Part shown: in pieces, positions 37,854 through 47,608 of the stretch
Position numbering within the stretch: the first letter of the stretch is position 1
Layout of the letters: the number at the start of each line of letters is the position of its first letter
DNA from: Candidatus Cloacimonadota bacterium
GTDB taxonomy: Bacteria; Cloacimonadota; Cloacimonadia; JGIOTU-2
Assembly: GCA_049903315.1 (NCBI GenBank)
Contig: JBNGBT010000001.1
Span: 261,497-325,496 of the forward strand
Reading direction: 5' to 3'
DNA length: 64,000 bases
Notes under the pieces: generated by a model
Told to the model about the DNA's origin: nothing
Seen by the model: the letters and a program-made list of their open reading frames with translations, nothing else
Databases searched by the model: none
Translations under genes and position numbers: made by a program

Positions 37854-38066
37854 ATGAAACACTTTTTATTTGCACTTAATCTGGGTGGCATTCTTATTTC
37901 GGGAGGATTCTTTATATATTGTATTATAAATATCATTCTCCATACTGAAAATTTTTCACAATGGTTGATAAAATGTGGCATTTTTCTAGTGATAACAGGT
38001 TTGCTCATTCTGCTTCATTTTGTGCGGAAAGCGCATTACCCGTGCCCGGGCATAGACTATAAATAA
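37854..38066 (+). CDS. small two-TM membrane protein
   Basis: 70 aa with two hydrophobic helices. Starts 8 nt after the previous gene. Confidence 0.45.
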   Translation: MKHFLFALNLGGILISGGFFIYCIINIILHTENFSQWLIKCGIFLVITGLLILLHFVRKAHYPCPGIDYK

Positions 38067-38072
38067 ATTATT

Positions 38073-38366
38073 ATGATAAAAAAAGAAGAGATCGAAGCCA
38101 TCATCAGAAGCCAGATTGAATCACTCGAAAGGCTTGGTGAGCAGGGGAGTTCAAGTGGTCATATGAGTAATGTTTCCTGTGAATTGAATGATTTCTCAAC
38201 AAATGAGACAGAAGATGGTTTGATTCACATTGCATATTCATACACAACATATGTTGAAACAGAATTTACTTACTATCCGGATAATCCACCTTATGAGTAT
38301 ACGCACAAACGCATTATGGTCATCAATAAAGAACGATCGATAATCTCTGATGAAGATACTATATGA
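38073..38366 (+). CDS. hypothetical acidic 97-aa protein
   Basis: Starts 7 nt after the previous ORF. No known motif. Confidence 0.45.
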   Translation: MIKKEEIEAIIRSQIESLERLGEQGSSSGHMSNVSCELNDFSTNETEDGLIHIAYSYTTYVETEFTYYPDNPPYEYTHKRIMVINKERSIISDEDTI

Positions 38367-38555
38367 TTCAAATCAATATTATAGGGGGGTAAATTCCCAT
38401 ATTAATTGACAGTAAATCCATTCTATTCCGAATTCTTTGTAGATGTTCTTCGATTTAATGAAAAATATCTATGGTCAATGGGCATTCCACCACAAAAAAT
38501 GCTCAATTCCGGTTTCTCTTACACCGTGAATTAAAAACATGAAAAGGAACACTGT

Positions 38556-39380
38556 ATGAAAATCCATTTTCTCTATTACACCTCTACTGGGAACACCCTT
38601 TGGTTGGCAACAAAAGCGAAAGAATACTTTGAAGAAAAAGGGCATGAGGTTCAGTTATACGAAATTCTGAAGGACAGCGAAGCCTTTGATAAGGAGGAAT
38701 GTGATCTTAAGGGGATTTTTTACCCTGTCTGGGGTTCTGATCCGCCAGATCCCATGATGGAATACCGAAAGAAAATGCCGGATGGCAACGGACAGAAGAT
38801 ATTTCTCGTAGGTAACTGCTGTGCTTTTTCAGGTGATACGGGAATGCGATGGAAACGCGTTTTGAAAAAGAAAGGCTACGATGTGATCTTTGGGGATCAT
38901 GTAATCATGCCAACTAATTTCAATATGCCCTGGATGCCGTGGAATGTTTGGAAAAGAGTTCCCGAAGGTGAAAAGTTACAAAAAATACTCGATAAAGCTC
39001 TTACCAAACTTCATGGTTTTTGCGAATCTATCATAAATGAAACTCGAAAAGTTGATGGCAAAGGTCCTTTTAACCTTCTTGAAGGAGTTTCTCAAAGAAG
39101 TATTGTGTGGACTGAAGCATGGTGGAAAAATCATTATTCCGTGAGTGAAGAACTCTGCATTAAATGTGGTTTGTGCACGAGGATTTGCCCCACAGGCAAT
39201 ATCACGAAAACAGAAGAAGGTAAGATCATATTTGGTGATGACTGCATCATGTGTGTGAAATGCTATAATCATTGTCCAAAGAATGCAGTACTGATCTTCA
39301 AGAAAAGCATAAATACAAAAAAATATCCACGATATAAAGGACCAAGTAAAGAGATACGTCCGGTGCAGTATCGGAAGTAA
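38556..39380 (+). CDS. EFR1-family ferredoxin (flavodoxin-like domain + 4Fe-4S dicluster domain)
   Basis: The flavodoxin-like N-terminus is 'KIHFLYYTSTGNTLWLA'. The two ferredoxin Cys motifs are 'CIKCGLCTRICP' and 'CIMCVKCYNHCP'. Confidence 0.75.
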   Translation: MKIHFLYYTSTGNTLWLATKAKEYFEEKGHEVQLYEILKDSEAFDKEECDLKGIFYPVWGSDPPDPMMEYRKKMPDGNGQKIFLVGNCCAFSGDTGMRWKRVLKKKGYDVIFGDHVIMPTNFNMPWMPWNVWKRVPEGEKLQKILDKALTKLHGFCESIINETRKVDGKGPFNLLEGVSQRSIVWTEAWWKNHYSVSEELCIKCGLCTRICPTGNITKTEEGKIIFGDDCIMCVKCYNHCPKNAVLIFKKSINTKKYPRYKGPSKEIRPVQYRK

Positions 39381-39431
39381 AAAATAACGCTGACTCATTC
39401 CTAAGCTTCAGCTTGGAAATGTGCAAATAGC

Positions 39432-40145
39432 ATGAATCAAATAAAAGAAATAATTATTTACTCACTGTTTGCAGGGATCACCATTTTTCTCGGTGGATTG
39501 CTTGCAAGAACAGCTGAAAGATGTCTGCATAAAGAGATCAAAGCATATATTCTTCATTGGACTATTGCATTCGGAGGTGGAATACTTGCTGCAGCTGTTG
39601 CTTTTGTTCTCACTCCAAAAGCCATTGAAACGTTCTCAGTAATGGTAATGGCATTAATTTTTGCTGCTGGAGCCATCACCTTTTTCTTGCTGGATCGAAG
39701 TATTGCAAAGAGAAAGGGTGTCCTGGCACAAACCATGGCAATGATGATGGACTTCATCCCGGAAGCAATTGCATTAGGCGCAACGTTCATTCATAATCAT
39801 AGATTGGGGATGTTGCTGGCTTTCTTTATCGGTATACAGAATTTACCGGAATCCTTTAATGCATATTTTGATCTGAGGAAAAGCAATCAATCACCAAAAC
39901 AAGTTTTGTCCATATTCTTTCTTCTCAGTTTTCTCGGAGTCTTTGCCGCTCTTGCAGGAAGATTCTTGCTGATAAATCATGAGAAACTGACACAGGGGAT
40001 CATGCTCTTTGCTGCTGGCGGCATACTATATTTGATATTTCAGGACATTGCTCCACTCTCAAAAGCAGAAAAACGCTGGGAACCTGCACTGGGGGCAATG
40101 CTTGGCTTTCTTCTTGGTATGATAGGCACTAAATTATTGGGATGA
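39432..40145 (+). CDS. ZIP-family (ZupT-like) metal transporter
   Basis: About 8 TM helices. 'FFIGIQNLPESFNAY' resembles the ZIP HNxPEG-type metal-binding helix, and the fold is Gly/Ala-rich. Confidence 0.5.
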   Translation: MNQIKEIIIYSLFAGITIFLGGLLARTAERCLHKEIKAYILHWTIAFGGGILAAAVAFVLTPKAIETFSVMVMALIFAAGAITFFLLDRSIAKRKGVLAQTMAMMMDFIPEAIALGATFIHNHRLGMLLAFFIGIQNLPESFNAYFDLRKSNQSPKQVLSIFFLLSFLGVFAALAGRFLLINHEKLTQGIMLFAAGGILYLIFQDIAPLSKAEKRWEPALGAMLGFLLGMIGTKLLG

Positions 40146-40149
40146 TTCC

Positions 40150-40587
40150 ATGCTTAATGAATCTATAATTGACGGAAAAATATTTCAATGTGAACTCATC
40201 GTACCTGATGATGCAATCGATCAGAATGGACATGTGAATAACGTTGTGTACGTACAGTGGATGCAGGATGTGGCAGTCCGTCATTCGGAGTTGTGTGGAG
40301 GAACCTCTGCTATGGAAAATGCTGGGGCGACCTGGGTCGTTCGCTCACACACGATCAACTATTTGAGTCCCGCATTTGAAGGTGATCGTATAGAAGCATT
40401 TACGTGGGTGGTGGATTTTCAAAGAATAAGATCCATACGGCGCTATAAATTTGTCAGGGTGTCTGATGGGAAGATTTGTGCAAAAGGTCAGACTGATTGG
40501 GTTTTTGTCAATGCTGAAAATGGACGACCCCGCACCATACCGGAAGAGGTGAAAGTTTGTTTTTCTCCCGCACCGGATTTTGAATAA
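40150..40587 (+). CDS. acyl-CoA thioesterase (hot-dog fold, YbgC/4HBT family)
   Basis: 'VPDDAIDQNGHVNNVVYVQWMQDVAVRH' is the 4HBT catalytic-region signature. Confidence 0.8.
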   Translation: MLNESIIDGKIFQCELIVPDDAIDQNGHVNNVVYVQWMQDVAVRHSELCGGTSAMENAGATWVVRSHTINYLSPAFEGDRIEAFTWVVDFQRIRSIRRYKFVRVSDGKICAKGQTDWVFVNAENGRPRTIPEEVKVCFSPAPDFE

Positions 40588-40624
40588 AATAAGTTTTAAC
40601 TGTAAAAATTTCTGGAGTAATCAA

Positions 40625-41911
40625 ATGCGCAATATATATTTAAAATTCCCGATATTAGTAATACTATATTTATTTATTTTACTCATTTTCTCACAAAGTC
40701 TCATTGCCTTGAATATCGTGTTCGAGGATTATCAATATTCCTTTCAATTGCTCAGAACAATAGGATATAGCTGCACTGGAGGTGCTGATATTGGAGAATG
40801 TTTGAGTACGGCTTACAAGATAAAAGAAGCAGATAATGAAAGCTGGTACAAAGAGTGGATATACACTGCAAAACAGCTCGAGAAAACAGCGGATAAATTC
40901 AGAAAAAACGGGCACAATGTGAGTGCTCGGGAAACATATTTCCGCGCATCAAATTATTATAGGACAGCTCCATTCTTTCTCAATAAAATTCCTCTGGATG
41001 AACGGATAGTTACATCTCTACGAAAGAGCAGAGAATGCTTTCAAAAGGGTGCTGAACTTTTTCAACATCCCATAAGCTTCGTGAAGATCCCCTTTGAAGA
41101 AACCACATTACCCGCATATCTCCTCTTAGTTGATGATTCGCCAACTAAAAGACCACTACTGATCGTACATAGCGGATTTGACGGAACAGCCGAGGAATTG
41201 TACTTTGAGATCGGTAAACTCGCAGTGGAGCGGGGATACAATTGTCTTCTCTTTGAAGGACCCGGGCAGGGAGCAGTGGTGTATGAACAACACATTCCTT
41301 TTCGTCCTGACTGGGAGAGTGTTGTTACTCCAGTAGTGGACTATGTACTTACATTACCTCAGGTTGATCCGGAACGCATTGGATTAATGGGAATTAGCTT
41401 TGGCGGGTACTTTGCACCTCGCGCTGCTGCGTATGAACACCGTCTTAAAATATGTGTGGCTAATGGAGGTATATACGATTTCTATGAGAATATGATAAAG
41501 AAGTTCCCGCCGAATACAGAAAAGGTTCTTGATGATCCTGAAGCATCAATGGAATTTGATAAGGAAGTTGCAGAGATAGTGAAACAGAATGTAGAAATAG
41601 ATTTCTTTTTTTCCAACGGCATGTATACTTTTGGAGCTAAAATCCCAAGTGATATGCTCCGTATGCTCAAACCCTACAATATGAGAGCCATTGCTGATAA
41701 GATACAGTGCACGATGCTTGTAGTTGACTCTGAAGCCGACCACGATTTACAGGGACAAGCGAAGGAATTGTACGATGCGCTCAAATGTCCTAAGGAATAT
41801 ATGCTATTTACTACTGAGGAAGCTGCCGAAGAACATTGCCAGATGGGAGCGGTAATGATCTCGGGTGAGCGAATACTCAACTGGCTTGATGAGCATTTGA
41901 TGGAAAAATAA
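40625..41911 (+). CDS. membrane-anchored alpha/beta-hydrolase
   Basis: The track start at 40580 is TTG and overlaps the thioesterase. The ATG at 40625 has the RBS ggagt. There is an N-terminal signal/anchor segment. The nucleophile elbow is 'GISFGGYFAPRAA'. Confidence 0.65.
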   Translation: MRNIYLKFPILVILYLFILLIFSQSLIALNIVFEDYQYSFQLLRTIGYSCTGGADIGECLSTAYKIKEADNESWYKEWIYTAKQLEKTADKFRKNGHNVSARETYFRASNYYRTAPFFLNKIPLDERIVTSLRKSRECFQKGAELFQHPISFVKIPFEETTLPAYLLLVDDSPTKRPLLIVHSGFDGTAEELYFEIGKLAVERGYNCLLFEGPGQGAVVYEQHIPFRPDWESVVTPVVDYVLTLPQVDPERIGLMGISFGGYFAPRAAAYEHRLKICVANGGIYDFYENMIKKFPPNTEKVLDDPEASMEFDKEVAEIVKQNVEIDFFFSNGMYTFGAKIPSDMLRMLKPYNMRAIADKIQCTMLVVDSEADHDLQGQAKELYDALKCPKEYMLFTTEEAAEEHCQMGAVMISGERILNWLDEHLMEK

Positions 41912-41953
41912 TGTATCCGTGAAAGTCAGCGATATGAAAAAGGAGATATATTT

Positions 41954-42565
41954 ATGAATGAAAAAAATATGACACTCCTTATGATAATAGCATTGTCATA
42001 TGAAATAGCTCTGAAACTGGTCATTGTTTTTATGCCCACAATTGTTCATTCACAAATATTTGCCGTTGTCACAAAGCTGCTTTCTCTTTTTGTTGGAATT
42101 GTCATCATCCTGTTCATGTTTTTCTTTTATAATAAGGAAAAATCAAATAAAAGGATTCAGACTGTACTGAAAATTCTCATTGCATGTATTATCTTAAGTT
42201 TTATTTTACGATTACCCGTAACAAGAAATATATTTGGTTATTCAGATGCATTATTCGTAGGTGAAATAGTAGGATTGATTCAAGCGCTTCTCTTGTTAGT
42301 GTTAATAATATTGTATAAGAAAACGATTCCTTCTCAAGAAAAAGCTCTTAAACAAACAGCAGTTTTTGTAGCAATCATGTTCAGCGTTGGTGTAATAAAG
42401 AGTGGATATGTTCTGATAAACTATTCTGTTTTTATTACCACAGGTGTGACGGCAGATGCATCTCCGATATGGTTTAAAATCTCATTTGTCCTATTTTTAC
42501 TCACCCATATTTCAATAATTTATTTTTTGTGTCGGTATTATCGGTATCAAAACAACAGAGTGTAA
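41954..42565 (+). CDS. polytopic membrane protein, unknown function
   Basis: About 6 hydrophobic helices and no motif. Confidence 0.5.
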   Translation: MNEKNMTLLMIIALSYEIALKLVIVFMPTIVHSQIFAVVTKLLSLFVGIVIILFMFFFYNKEKSNKRIQTVLKILIACIILSFILRLPVTRNIFGYSDALFVGEIVGLIQALLLLVLIILYKKTIPSQEKALKQTAVFVAIMFSVGVIKSGYVLINYSVFITTGVTADASPIWFKISFVLFLLTHISIIYFLCRYYRYQNNRV

Positions 42566-42599
42566 TTTTTTCAAGAGAGGCATCGTCATTTCTTCAAAT

Positions 42600-42616
42600 T
42601 GGGAATTTAATTCCCA
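42600..42616. terminator. hairpin TGGGAAT-tta-ATTCCCA between convergent genes (weak bidirectional terminator candidate)
   Basis: Perfect 7-bp stem with no strong U-tract. Confidence 0.35.
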
Positions 42617-42649
42617 GATTGTAAATCATGTAATATTCTTTTAGAGAAC

Positions 42650-43036
42650 TTACACAGAAAACTCAAATATATCAGGCAGCAATACAGAAATATTCTTTAC
42701 GACATATTCATCTTCACTTTTCGCAATTATAACTTGAATATCCCTTGTGAATTCTGAAATGACCTGTCTGCAGATACCGCAGGGGAAGGGAAAATTTTCA
42801 CCTTCCGCATAGATCGCAAGTGCTTCGAATTCTTTTTCTCCATTTTTCACCGCATCGAATAGTGCGACTCTTTCCGCACATATGCCGGCAGGAAATGATG
42901 CATTCTCGATGTTTGTACCTGTATATATTTTCTCATTTTTCGTGAGCAGCGCAGCTCCTACTTTATATTTTGAATAGGGTGAGTAAGAATACTCAGAAGC
43001 TTTTTGTGCTGCTTTTATAAGTTTTTTTATTTCCAT
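42650..43036 (-). CDS. cdd: cytidine deaminase
   Basis: The Zn-binding motifs are 'CAERVALFDAV' (H/CAE) and 'PCGICRQVISEF' (PCGxCRQ). Confidence 0.9.
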   Translation of the reverse strand: MEIKKLIKAAQKASEYSYSPYSKYKVGAALLTKNEKIYTGTNIENASFPAGICAERVALFDAVKNGEKEFEALAIYAEGENFPFPCGICRQVISEFTRDIQVIIAKSEDEYVVKNISVLLPDIFEFSV

Positions 43037-43114
43037 ATTAACTCATTTCAAATTTCATTCAAGAGTAATAAAAATCATCTTACCTTTTCCATGCAAGTTT
43101 TTTAACCTTGCTCA

Positions 43115-43585
43115 TCAGTAATGGTACTTCTTGTTTTTGAGAATAGTGAATGCACGGTAGAGCTGTTCGAGGAGAATGATCCTCACCATCTGATGGGTGA
43201 AAGTAAGTTGTGAAAGAGAAAGAAGTTCATCAGCTCTGTCTTTGATTTCCGGAGAAAATCCGTAAGGTCCTCCAATCAAAAAATAAAGCGGTTTGTTCTG
43301 TGAAACGAGAATTCTGTTGAGATGTTGTGCAAAATCTTTGGATGTATGTTGCTTCCCACCTTCATCAAGAGCAATGACATAGCACTGGTCGGGAAGTGTT
43401 GTCAGGATTGCTTTTCCTTCACATTCTTTGATTTTCTCAACGGATTGATTCCTCTTGTATTTTGGAGTGGAAACAGTCTCAATCTTAAGAGAACAAAATC
43501 TGGAGAGTCGCTTTACATATTCATTTTCTGCAAGAGTAATATACTCATCCTTGTTTTTACCAATAGCCAGGATCGTAATGCTCAT
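43115..43585 (-). CDS. rlmH: 23S rRNA (pseudouridine1915-N3)-methyltransferase
   Basis: SPOUT-family member of ~155 aa. 'ITILAIGK...YVKRL' and 'LYFLIGGPYGFSPEI' match RlmH. Confidence 0.85.
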   Translation of the reverse strand: MSITILAIGKNKDEYITLAENEYVKRLSRFCSLKIETVSTPKYKRNQSVEKIKECEGKAILTTLPDQCYVIALDEGGKQHTSKDFAQHLNRILVSQNKPLYFLIGGPYGFSPEIKDRADELLSLSQLTFTHQMVRIILLEQLYRAFTILKNKKYHY

Positions 43586-43588
43586 TAA

Positions 43589-44593
43589 TCACACGGTTTG
43601 AATATCGTTGTAATGCTTTTGAATATAGGTTACTTTTTGATGGAATTCCTTGATATTCGTAGCACCTGCATAGGAGAAAGCAGAGCGGAGACCATCTTCG
43701 ATATTACGGATCACATACTTTGCAGGTCCCTTGTAATCAATAGTCGTACTGACACCTTCCACGTTACGTTTCTCATCATTTCGCAATTGTTTGGATTCGA
43801 GACTCGCAGAACCGCGGTAGCGTTTATACAAATGATAATTCGGAAAATTGCCTTCTTTGTGGATCGTGCCCGGTGTCTCCTTGCATCCTGCAAACAGAGC
43901 ACCTATCATCACGGAATCTGCACCAACTGCCAAGGCTTTGGCAACATCACCAGAATTACGGATTCCACCATCTGCAATAACAGGTGTGTCATATTGTATA
44001 GCCACCTTGCATACATCCTGAAGAGCAGTTACTTGAGGAACTCCGAATCCTGTATTTATTCGTGTTGTACACATTGAGCCGGGTCCAATGCCAACTTTGA
44101 TTGCATCTGCTTCGTGTTCACAAAGGAATCTTGCAGCTTCTGCTGTCGCAATATTACCGGCAATAATATCCACATTAAATTTTTTGCACATATTGATCGT
44201 ATCAGCCATAAGTTTGTGATGACCATGTGCGATATCTATACAGATTATCTGAGCTCCTGCATCGATCAATGCTTTCAAACGGTCTTTATTCTCTCCAGTC
44301 ACGCCTATAGAGGCAGCCCTGATTGGATTTTCAGCAAGTCGAAGCCGCTCAATAATGCTGGCTTCTTCTTCAATCGAGCAGAATCTGTGCACAATACCGA
44401 GTGCACCAAATCCACTCAGTATATTTGCCATATCATACTCGGTGATGGTGTCCATATTGGCAGAGAGAATGGGAAGCTTGATCCTATAATTTTTTGTCAC
44501 TCTTGTAGAAAGATCAGGATCCTGTCTGGTCAGTACTTCCGAGTAATTAGGAATAAGCAGAATATCATTGTATGTTAATCCAATTCGTGTCAT
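43589..44593 (-). CDS. IMPDH/GMP-reductase-family TIM-barrel oxidoreductase without CBS insert (GMP-reductase-like)
   Basis: The catalytic loop is '[20 protein letters not shown]' and the N-terminus is '[11 protein letters not shown]'. The ~335-aa length without a CBS pair favours GuaC-type. Start taken at the ATG at 44593 with RBS aaggag. Confidence 0.7.
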   Translation of the reverse strand: MTRIGLTYNDILLIPNYSEVLTRQDPDLSTRVTKNYRIKLPILSANMDTITEYDMANILSGFGALGIVHRFCSIEEEASIIERLRLAENPIRAASIGVTGENKDRLKALIDAGAQIICIDIAHGHHKLMADTINMCKKFNVDIIAGNIATAEAARFLCEHEADAIKVGIGPGSMCTTRINTGFGVPQVTALQDVCKVAIQYDTPVIADGGIRNSGDVAKALAVGADSVMIGALFAGCKETPGTIHKEGNFPNYHLYKRYRGSASLESKQLRNDEKRNVEGVSTTIDYKGPAKYVIRNIEDGLRSAFSYAGATNIKEFHQKVTYIQKHYNDIQTV

Positions 44594-44603
44594 TATGACT
44601 CCT

Positions 44604-45497
44604 TTATGCGCATATAATTCCCAGTGCCACAGAATGCAGTTTTGTCCATGCATCATCGGCACGAGAGGTTATGAGGATTGGTACTTTTGCTCCGATGATC
44701 ACATGAGCAACACTTAGATGGGCGTAATAGGTCATTGCTTTTCCAAATATATTTCCGGCTTCGATGTTTGGCATAATAAGAATATCAGCATTACCAGCAA
44801 CCGGGGAATCTATTTCCTTTATCTTTGCTGCATGTTCGGATACTGCAACATCAAGTGCAAGAGGACCTTCAACCTTACAACCGGTAATTTTTCCCTCTTT
44901 ATACAATTTTGTTATCTCCGCTGCGTCAATTGTAGGGGGCATTTTAGGATTGACAACCTCAAGAGCGCAGAGTAAAGCAACATTTGGACAAGGATTCTCC
45001 AGTCTGTTAGCGACAAATACCGCATTATTTATCAAAGAAATTTTTTCTTGTACATCCGGATAGCGCACTATACCACCGTCTGTCATGAGTGTCAGGCGGT
45101 CTTTTGTTTCGATCACTAGCACATCGCTGAGAATATTTCCCGTATGAAGCTCCTTCCCTTTATTGATCACCCCCTTTATTAACTGCCCGGTTGTAGTGGC
45201 ACCCTTCAGAATTAGATCAGCTTCATTATTCAGTACGGCATCAACTGCGAGGGATATACATTTTTCAGGATCAGTTTCATCGATGATCTCAAAAGCATTG
45301 ACGAGACTTTCTTCCGACATGGAAATATAATCTATGATCTGTGCTTTATCACCAATAAGAAGAAATTCTCCAATCTGCTCTTCTTTTGCGAGCGTGGCAC
45401 AGTAAACAGCAGACATCGTGTGAGCAGCAGGAATGACAACTCTTTTCTGGGGAAGTTTCTTTACTTTATCAAGTAGTTCATCAAAATTTTTTATCAT
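44604..45497 (-). CDS. phosphate acyltransferase (phosphate butyryl/acetyltransferase, PTA_PTB family)
   Basis: The 297-aa length fits the short Ptb type. N-terminus 'LLDKVKKLPQKRVVIPAAHTMSAVYC'. Confidence 0.7.
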   Translation of the reverse strand: MIKNFDELLDKVKKLPQKRVVIPAAHTMSAVYCATLAKEEQIGEFLLIGDKAQIIDYISMSEESLVNAFEIIDETDPEKCISLAVDAVLNNEADLILKGATTTGQLIKGVINKGKELHTGNILSDVLVIETKDRLTLMTDGGIVRYPDVQEKISLINNAVFVANRLENPCPNVALLCALEVVNPKMPPTIDAAEITKLYKEGKITGCKVEGPLALDVAVSEHAAKIKEIDSPVAGNADILIMPNIEAGNIFGKAMTYYAHLSVAHVIIGAKVPILITSRADDAWTKLHSVALGIICA

Positions 45498-45510
45498 GCA
45501 ATCTCCGGGA

Positions 45511-46743
45511 CTATTTTAGCTGCCATGCAATAAATTTCATAGATTTTGTAAACCATTTATCAACTTCTTTTTCATCTTTTTCTGAGATGGGGAATGGGAT
45601 TACATGGTCATAGGGATAGGGAAAATCATAGGACTTAACCTTTATTGGAATTTTGTTATCATGCCCGTGCAACGAGAGTTCCACTTCAATTGAAGGGACA
45701 ACTTCATCTTTTTGCAGTGCTAATGCTGAAATCCGTTTTGCGATTTTTTTCAGACGATTTTCCCTGAATGTGATCATCTTATTATAATCGAGCATACTCC
45801 TAAAATATTTTCCAATATGGTGTTGATCGCTGAAATAATGCGCAAGCCGTTTATCTCGCTTGAGTTCGACCTCAAGATGTTCAATGAAGAAAGAGTAAAT
45901 CGCTACGTTTGCTTCGCTGTCCAGAATATATTTGGAAGCAGGTGACATCCTGTTGAGAAGCGGACCTCCGCAGAACATGCAAAGTTTTGAATCTTTAAAA
46001 TAATCTTTCTCATCCGTCAACAGCATGAGTTCTGCAAGGAATGAGCCGACGGAGTAAGAGAAAAAATCGATGTGCGCATCTTTATGGATATGGGGATGAG
46101 CACCAGCACGTATTTGATCTATAAGCTGCAAAATATCATAATATGTTTGCAAACCTGACCAGAAAAAACGTTTGGGAAGGAATTGTAAGCGTGTGCTTAT
46201 CGCAGCATTCGCAAAGGAGGAGTTCGTTACTTTTGGATAAAATTTCTTCCGCTCTTTGCAAACTTTGTTCATGAATTTGGGATCAGCCCATATTTCGGGC
46301 GAGCGGTTCATATGAAATGCTGTGGGAAAGAGGATCACTGTTTTTCCTGTATATTCCACGAGTTTATGTGCCCAGGGCAGATATTTTTCCCAGCTCTTTT
46401 CGTTCAAACCGTGCAGGAGTATGATGACATCTTGAGATTTTTTCAAAGTAAAGGATTTGAAGACAGGATAGGTGAAAAAAATATTTTCTTCAATGCGCGA
46501 ATCATCGATTCTCAGAAGCTCGTCTAGATGAGGTGCAGAAATTTTGCTGTCCCATGAATAAGATTCTTCAAAACTCACATTATGAGTCTGGCAATGATAG
46601 TGCTCTTCACCCGGGAGAATGTCATAATTATAAGACTCAAATGGAGTGTTCAGGATATTCATACGGAATTTCTTGAGTGTAATAAATTCAGCTTTCGGAT
46701 CGAACTTCTCTCTTAAATAGAGATAATCATTTCGGTAACTCAT
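45511..46743 (-). CDS. alpha/beta-hydrolase-fold protein of uncharacterised family
   Basis: 'VIILLHGLNEKSW' and 'FSYSVGSF' form a nucleophile-elbow-like pair. Confidence 0.5.
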   Translation of the reverse strand: MSYRNDYLYLREKFDPKAEFITLKKFRMNILNTPFESYNYDILPGEEHYHCQTHNVSFEESYSWDSKISAPHLDELLRIDDSRIEENIFFTYPVFKSFTLKKSQDVIILLHGLNEKSWEKYLPWAHKLVEYTGKTVILFPTAFHMNRSPEIWADPKFMNKVCKERKKFYPKVTNSSFANAAISTRLQFLPKRFFWSGLQTYYDILQLIDQIRAGAHPHIHKDAHIDFFSYSVGSFLAELMLLTDEKDYFKDSKLCMFCGGPLLNRMSPASKYILDSEANVAIYSFFIEHLEVELKRDKRLAHYFSDQHHIGKYFRSMLDYNKMITFRENRLKKIAKRISALALQKDEVVPSIEVELSLHGHDNKIPIKVKSYDFPYPYDHVIPFPISEKDEKEVDKWFTKSMKFIAWQLK

Positions 46744-46902
46744 GACAAAGAAACGCTCCTGTGTCCTTTATTCTGCAGCGCATACTGCTTTTAATGTGGT
46801 TAATTAATGGTGTAGAACTGAATACACGTCAAGAGATTTGAAACGTTATTATCTTAGTTACTACAGGGAGGGCAAACACACTTATGAAAGTGAAGCAATT
46901 AT

Positions 46903-47586
46903 CTAAAAAGCATATCCGAATTTTAATAATTCAACGCAATAAATGATTTCGCTATCATTGTCATACAGAACTTCACTCAGGAATTTATTATTTTCTCCAA
47001 TGAAATATTTGCCGATGCTCAGACTCGTACCCCAATAAAATCCGGAATATGAAAAGATCCGGTACCCGATACTGATGCCCACTCCTACTTTATTTTCAGA
47101 AGTTTTCTTTTGGTCTTTTATCCAGCCCTCTCCTTCATAACCGTACAGATTTGCATAGCGCACGAAGGCACCGATATAGAACTTATTAAGAGAATTTCCA
47201 AGAAATTTTCTGTAATGACAATCCAGTAATATTTGCCTTAGCGATTGATCTTCTTGGATATCCTCGTGCCAGTCGATCTTTGGGAGGGAGTAAAAGAAAG
47301 GGAAGGCGATCTCTACTTTTTTCTTGGGGTAGAAAAGGGAGAAGGTTCCGCTCAAAGAGTGATTAAGATAGTCAACATCGCTTCCGAAAAAGAGTAATCT
47401 GAGAAAATTGAACTCAACTCCGTATTTCTTATTTTCGAGTGGTTGATCCTTCACATCCTTGTACATCTTTTTCTGAGTCACATAGATGGAATCGATCTTT
47501 TCATCGGTTGTCATTTGTGAAAGATTCTCAGCATATAAAGAAGTAAAAAATAATACGCTCAACACTATAATCAGTAGTTTTTTCAT
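46903..47586 (-). CDS. small outer-membrane beta-barrel protein
   Basis: Signal peptide MKKLLIIVLSVLFFTSLYA (ATG at 47586; the track start is GTG). C-terminal strand 'LKFGYAF'. Confidence 0.55.
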   Translation of the reverse strand: MKKLLIIVLSVLFFTSLYAENLSQMTTDEKIDSIYVTQKKMYKDVKDQPLENKKYGVEFNFLRLLFFGSDVDYLNHSLSGTFSLFYPKKKVEIAFPFFYSLPKIDWHEDIQEDQSLRQILLDCHYRKFLGNSLNKFYIGAFVRYANLYGYEGEGWIKDQKKTSENKVGVGISIGYRIFSYSGFYWGTSLSIGKYFIGENNKFLSEVLYDNDSEIIYCVELLKFGYAF

Positions 47587-47608
47587 CACACACTCCTCGT
47601 ATTTGTAT

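Noticed and set aside
40580-40624. Longer start for the alpha/beta-hydrolase gene
   Set aside because: The track start is a TTG that overlaps the thioesterase stop. The ATG at 40625 has a GGAGT Shine-Dalgarno and yields a clean N-terminal signal/anchor.
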